Of a DNA stretch of 64,000 nt, positions 60,551-64,000 are shown piece by piece. The position numbers and the translations under genes were made by a program. The stretch lies in NCBI GenBank assembly GCA_964016885.1, contig OZ024751.1, forward strand, positions 31,682,001-31,746,000, read 5' to 3'. Each line of letters begins with the position of its first letter. Positions within the stretch are counted from its first letter, which is position 1. The notes beneath the pieces were generated by a model. The model ran no database searches. It was not told the origin of the DNA and worked only from the letters and a program-made list of their open reading frames with translations. Source of the stretch: Eledone cirrhosa (taxonomy: Eukaryota).

Positions 60551-63376
60551 TCAATTCAGGATTTGGGCACCATGGCCCATTCGAGTTTGAATGGGACGGA
60601 TAGCACGGGGCCCAAGCCTTGGGTGTATCTTGAAGGCGATGCCAACATCATTTGGGCAGTGATGATGGAACATTTTCCACATCATGCAGATAATATAACG
60701 CTCACGGCGACGTTGGAGTGAGTAAAGTTTCAGGTTTTCCAATCGACCCCAGTAGTCAAGGTCTGACATGCCATCTATCTTTTTCGTGATTGCCCTTTGA
60801 GGAGCTTCAAGTTTCATGATACTTTGTTTCGTGTGGGGAGACCACAGTGGACAACAGTATTCAAGGTGTGGTCGGGCGAAAGTAGAGAAGAGAAGGATAA
60901 TGGTGCGGGAATCTCTCGACTGGAAGGTTCTGAGGATCCAGGAACACATTCTGCGGGCCATGTCAACTTTGCTGCTTATATGCGTGGTCCAGCTTATGTT
61001 GCTGTCCACGGTTACTCCCAAGTCTCTGATGTTGTTAGATGCCACGAGAGTTTCCCCGGAGGGAAGGGAGTACGGGAGTTTCAGAGCATCCTCTTTTCCA
61101 AAGTGGATCAGTTCGAATTTGTCTTCGTTCAGTAACATGTTGTTCTTTTCTGCCCATTGGGTAACAGCCAGTAGGTCTGACTGAAGGCTTATCCGGTCAT
61201 CCACGCCATTGATGACCTTTTGGAGCTTGGAATCATCAGCGAAAATTTTAATGTTGCTGTGTTTGATGATGTCAGTGATGTCATTAATATAGATGATGAA
61301 GAGAAGTGGGCCCAACACAGTGCCTTGTGGGACTCCACTACTGACTTTGGCTGGGCTTGATTTGACTCCCTCAACTACAACATGTTGGGTTCTGTTTGAC
61401 AGGAAGCTCTTGATCCACTGCAGCAGCTTTCCAGTGACACCAATATTGGACAGCTTTCTCAGTAGAATGTTATGATCAACCCTGTCAAAGGCCTTGCTGA
61501 AATCAAGGTAGATAACATCAGTGTTGGAACCCTCTCCCAAGGCTCTCAAAATGTCATCAAAGTGATGCAGTAGTTGCGTCAGGCAATCCCTTCCATTACG
61601 GAATCCATGCTGGTTGGAGTTCAGCATATTGTTACTCTCAAGGAAGTGGGTCATTCGCGATCTCACCACTCGCTCAAATACCTTAATGATATGAGAGGTG
61701 AGTGAGATTGGACGGTAATTCACGGCAAGGGATTTGTTTCCCTTTTTGAAAACTGGGACAACAGACTGGGATAGAAGGTTTTCTGGCACATATCCAGCAT
61801 CCAGTGAGTTCCGCCACAGATTGGCAAGAGGAGAAGCAAGTTGGTGTTGACACGCCTTCAAGACACAAGCAGGGAACCTATCGGGACCTACTGCTGAATT
61901 ATGCTTGATTTCCTTTATTGCCGCCAAGACATCAGGGGCGCCAAACGTTATGTCCGATAAGGTGTAATGGGGAGTAACATCGCCGATACAGCCCAGATCG
62001 GCCATATCAGGATTGCTGAAAACAGAGCAGTATTGTTTCTGCAGTATCTCACCCATGGTTTTAGCATTGTCTTGAAGAGTGCCATTTTCATCAATTAGAG
62101 GGCCAACAGTAGAGCCAGTGATTTTGTGTTTTTTTGCAAATGAAAAGAACACTTTGGGATTGAGTTTGATCTTCTCAATGGCCCAGGCCTCTTCAGCTCT
62201 TCTCTGATTGTTGATGAGGGACATTATGTTGTTTTGGAGGTTATGTTTTTTAATCTCTAGTGATGAAATGGCAGTCAAGTTGATGTGTTGCTGCTGACAG
62301 TATTTCAGATTGTTGATTTTTTTGTTCGTTCTCTTAATTTTTCTGATGAGCGTTTTTCTATTTCTAGGGATTCTGCTCTTAGATTTGTTTATAGTTCTTA
62401 ATGGGGTGTGTTTAGCACATATGTTTGTAACAGTGTCCACAAATGTCTGCCAGGACTTTTTGATGTTAGTGGGTGTATGAGTGTGCGTGAAGGACCAGTC
62501 GACATGTGCAAGATCATGACTGATCGCTTCCCAGTTTGCATTGTGGAAATCCATAGCGTCAAACGGATGGACAGGAGAAATGACATTGGGTTTGTATATT
62601 GGACGGTGGAATCTCAGATCACAGAGAACCATGTCATGATCAGAGAGTAGAGTTTTCTCCACTGCAATATTGTGGATATTGTCAGTGTGATTGCTGAAAA
62701 TTAAGTCTAGGACGTTTTTGTGGCACCTCGTTGGTTCGAGCACTAGTTGGGATAGGAAGAAATCATCCATGAAGTCAAGAAGCGATTCCACAGCTTCCCT
62801 GTCAGAGGTTGAGGCAGAAGAACCTGGTGGCAGGGTGTTTGTGGACCAGTCAACTCCGGGGAGGTTGAAGTCCCCCATCATTAAGATGTTGTCAGGGTGA
62901 CACTCTTGGATGAAACACTTTATGCTGTTGAGGCATTCCTTGAAGCATGGTACAGGCGTTTGGGGTGGCCTATAGAGCCCAACTACTAATAGGTTGTTGG
63001 TTTGACTGAATACAGTGACTGCCTCACAGTATCCATTAGTGAATATGTTCATAGCCTCTGTTGAGAAAGAATTATGGACATAAATGGCAGTTCCGCCCTT
63101 TCTTCTGCCAGCGCGATCAGCACGGATGGCTTTGAAATTTTTCACTTTCACCTCGGCTTCCAAGTGGAGGTTACTGAGATGGGTTTCAGTGAGGACGAAG
63201 AAAGGGATGTGGTTTGGATGGACATCAATCCAGTCCTCCAGGAATTTGATCTTCCATTTTTGAGTATTGGTGGAAGGGCTGATGCCTTGGGCGTTAAGCA
63301 AAAATGTAGAGGCGAGAGTGGATGGTTTTAATTGTTTTGGTGTGTTGTTAATTTGTTTGTTTGTTAATGGCAGCAA
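60551..63376 (-). CDS. LINE ORF2: APE endonuclease plus reverse transcriptase (941 aa as called; frame open from 63493; no AUG at start)
   Basis: LNAQGI, LTETHL, GGTAIY, LYRPP, MGDFN, PTR..LDL, SDHD (APE); GPD, NYRPISLTS, QHGFR, YLDFSKAFD, GVPQGTVLGPLLF, FADD, DLGV, LEYC..WSP (RT). Confidence 0.95.
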   Translation of the reverse strand: MLPLTNKQINNTPKQLKPSTLASTFLLNAQGISPSTNTQKWKIKFLEDWIDVHPNHIPFFVLTETHLSNLHLEAEVKVKNFKAIRADRAGRRKGGTAIYVHNSFSTEAMNIFTNGYCEAVTVFSQTNNLLVVGLYRPPQTPVPCFKECLNSIKCFIQECHPDNILMMGDFNLPGVDWSTNTLPPGSSASTSDREAVESLLDFMDDFFLSQLVLEPTRCHKNVLDLIFSNHTDNIHNIAVEKTLLSDHDMVLCDLRFHRPIYKPNVISPVHPFDAMDFHNANWEAISHDLAHVDWSFTHTHTPTNIKKSWQTFVDTVTNICAKHTPLRTINKSKSRIPRNRKTLIRKIKRTNKKINNLKYCQQQHINLTAISSLEIKKHNLQNNIMSLINNQRRAEEAWAIEKIKLNPKVFFSFAKKHKITGSTVGPLIDENGTLQDNAKTMGEILQKQYCSVFSNPDMADLGCIGDVTPHYTLSDITFGAPDVLAAIKEIKHNSAVGPDRFPACVLKACQHQLASPLANLWRNSLDAGYVPENLLSQSVVPVFKKGNKSLAVNYRPISLTSHIIKVFERVVRSRMTHFLESNNMLNSNQHGFRNGRDCLTQLLHHFDDILRALGEGSNTDVIYLDFSKAFDRVDHNILLRKLSNIGVTGKLLQWIKSFLSNRTQHVVVEGVKSSPAKVSSGVPQGTVLGPLLFIIYINDITDIIKHSNIKIFADDSKLQKVINGVDDRISLQSDLLAVTQWAEKNNMLLNEDKFELIHFGKEDALKLPYSLPSGETLVASNNIRDLGVTVDSNISWTTHISSKVDMARRMCSWILRTFQSRDSRTIILLFSTFARPHLEYCCPLWSPHTKQSIMKLEAPQRAITKKIDGMSDLDYWGRLENLKLYSLQRRRERYIICMMWKMFHHHCPNDVGIAFKIHPRLGPRAIRPIQTRMGHGAQILN

Positions 63377-64000
63377 TGGGAGTTTGTGCAGTGGGGTGAT
63401 AGTGGAGGGTGGTGCTGGGTGATAGCTCGAATGTTTTTTTCCAGTTCTTTTGCCAGATTCATTATGGCTAAAAAAGAGGAAGAAGTTTCCTGTTTAGAAG
63501 ACTGTTGGTGACTGTGGTAGTGGTTATTTTTATGTAGGTTATGGTTTTTGTTTTTGCTTTTATTTTTAATTTTATTTTCATTTATCCGACGGGTCCCCGG
63601 GAGATGGGTAAAGGGACAATCCCGGTCTAAACACAATCTGTCTCGCAGGGAAAAACGGCAGATTTGTGGATTCCTTGTTTGAGTTATTGGTGGTTGTGTT
63701 GGTGTTAAATTAGAGTATGTATTATGGTGGTGGCTGTTTGTGGGGATAGATCGTTTTGTCCTAGGTAAATGGGTGAATTTGCAGCCACTATCCGTACATA
63801 TTCTATAGCGTAGAGAGTAGCGGCAAATGATGGGGTTTCGAGTGGGTGGGTATATGGGTGTGGGTGTTGTGAGAGGTGTAGATGATGGTTTGGGTAGGAT
63901 TTGACGACCTTTGTGGACTGTGGGAGGGAGAGTTCTTGTTCTGGTATTAGAAGGTAAATTCCTTGACATAGCAGTAGACAAAAATGTTGTAGTAGTAGTA
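63364..64000 (-). CDS. LINE ORF1 C-terminal part with two C-x8-C-x4-C-x3-H zinc fingers; open to window end
   Basis: CRYSLRYRICTDSGCKFTH and CRFSLRDRLCLDRDCPFTH; frame has no stop up to 64000. Confidence 0.75.
   Translation of the reverse strand, partial: TTTTTFLSTAMSRNLPSNTRTRTLPPTVHKGRQILPKPSSTPLTTPTPIYPPTRNPIICRYSLRYRICTDSGCKFTHLPRTKRSIPTNSHHHNTYSNLTPTQPPITQTRNPQICRFSLRDRLCLDRDCPFTHLPGTRRINENKIKNKSKNKNHNLHKNNHYHSHQQSSKQETSSSFLAIMNLAKELEKNIRAITQHHPPLSPHCTNSHCCH

Larger units (their letters stand above)
60469..64000 (-). mobile_element. Nearly intact CR1/L2-group LINE in NBAS intron (antisense); 5' end beyond window
   Basis: ORF1 with two CCCH fingers, ORF2 APE+RT, short 3' UTR ending in (TTCAAAGTTA)2 next to a TA/TG microsatellite. 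Confidence 0.9.

Noticed and set aside
60797-63331. Short ORFs overlapping LINE ORF2 on either strand
   Set aside because: Alternate-frame and antisense shadows of the RT gene

Overview
AT-rich, repeat-dense eukaryotic (animal) genomic DNA. The SINE/RTE repertoire resembles coleoid cephalopods such as Octopus; this is an inference. Three spliced genes could be rebuilt by hand from GT-AG exons: lysosomal glucosylceramidase GBA (+, 9 coding exons 9669-19036, signal-peptide exon unresolved), a complete STOML2 (-, 11 exons, 36046-21179, 353 aa) and the 5' part of NBAS (+, 14 exons 37692-53984, continuing beyond the window). STOML2 and NBAS are head-to-head; GBA and STOML2 are tail-to-tail. Mobile DNA includes an L1/Tx1-type LINE 5' half, a nearly intact CR1/L2-group LINE, RTE fragments, a decayed Chapaev3-type DNA transposon, MITEs, two or more tRNA-derived SINE families and a 5S rRNA-RTE-tail chimera. 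The most unusual signals are: (1) a recurring class of (TA)n-embedded asymmetric fold-back elements with unrelated sequences but one shared architecture, some carrying minimal hammerhead-ribozyme cores, which points to Penelope-like elements; (2) a LINE whose AUG-less ORF2 overlaps ORF1 in the -1 frame with two in-frame canonical slippery heptamers; (3) young LINE-SINE and 5S-LINE chimeras that share one RTE 3' tail.
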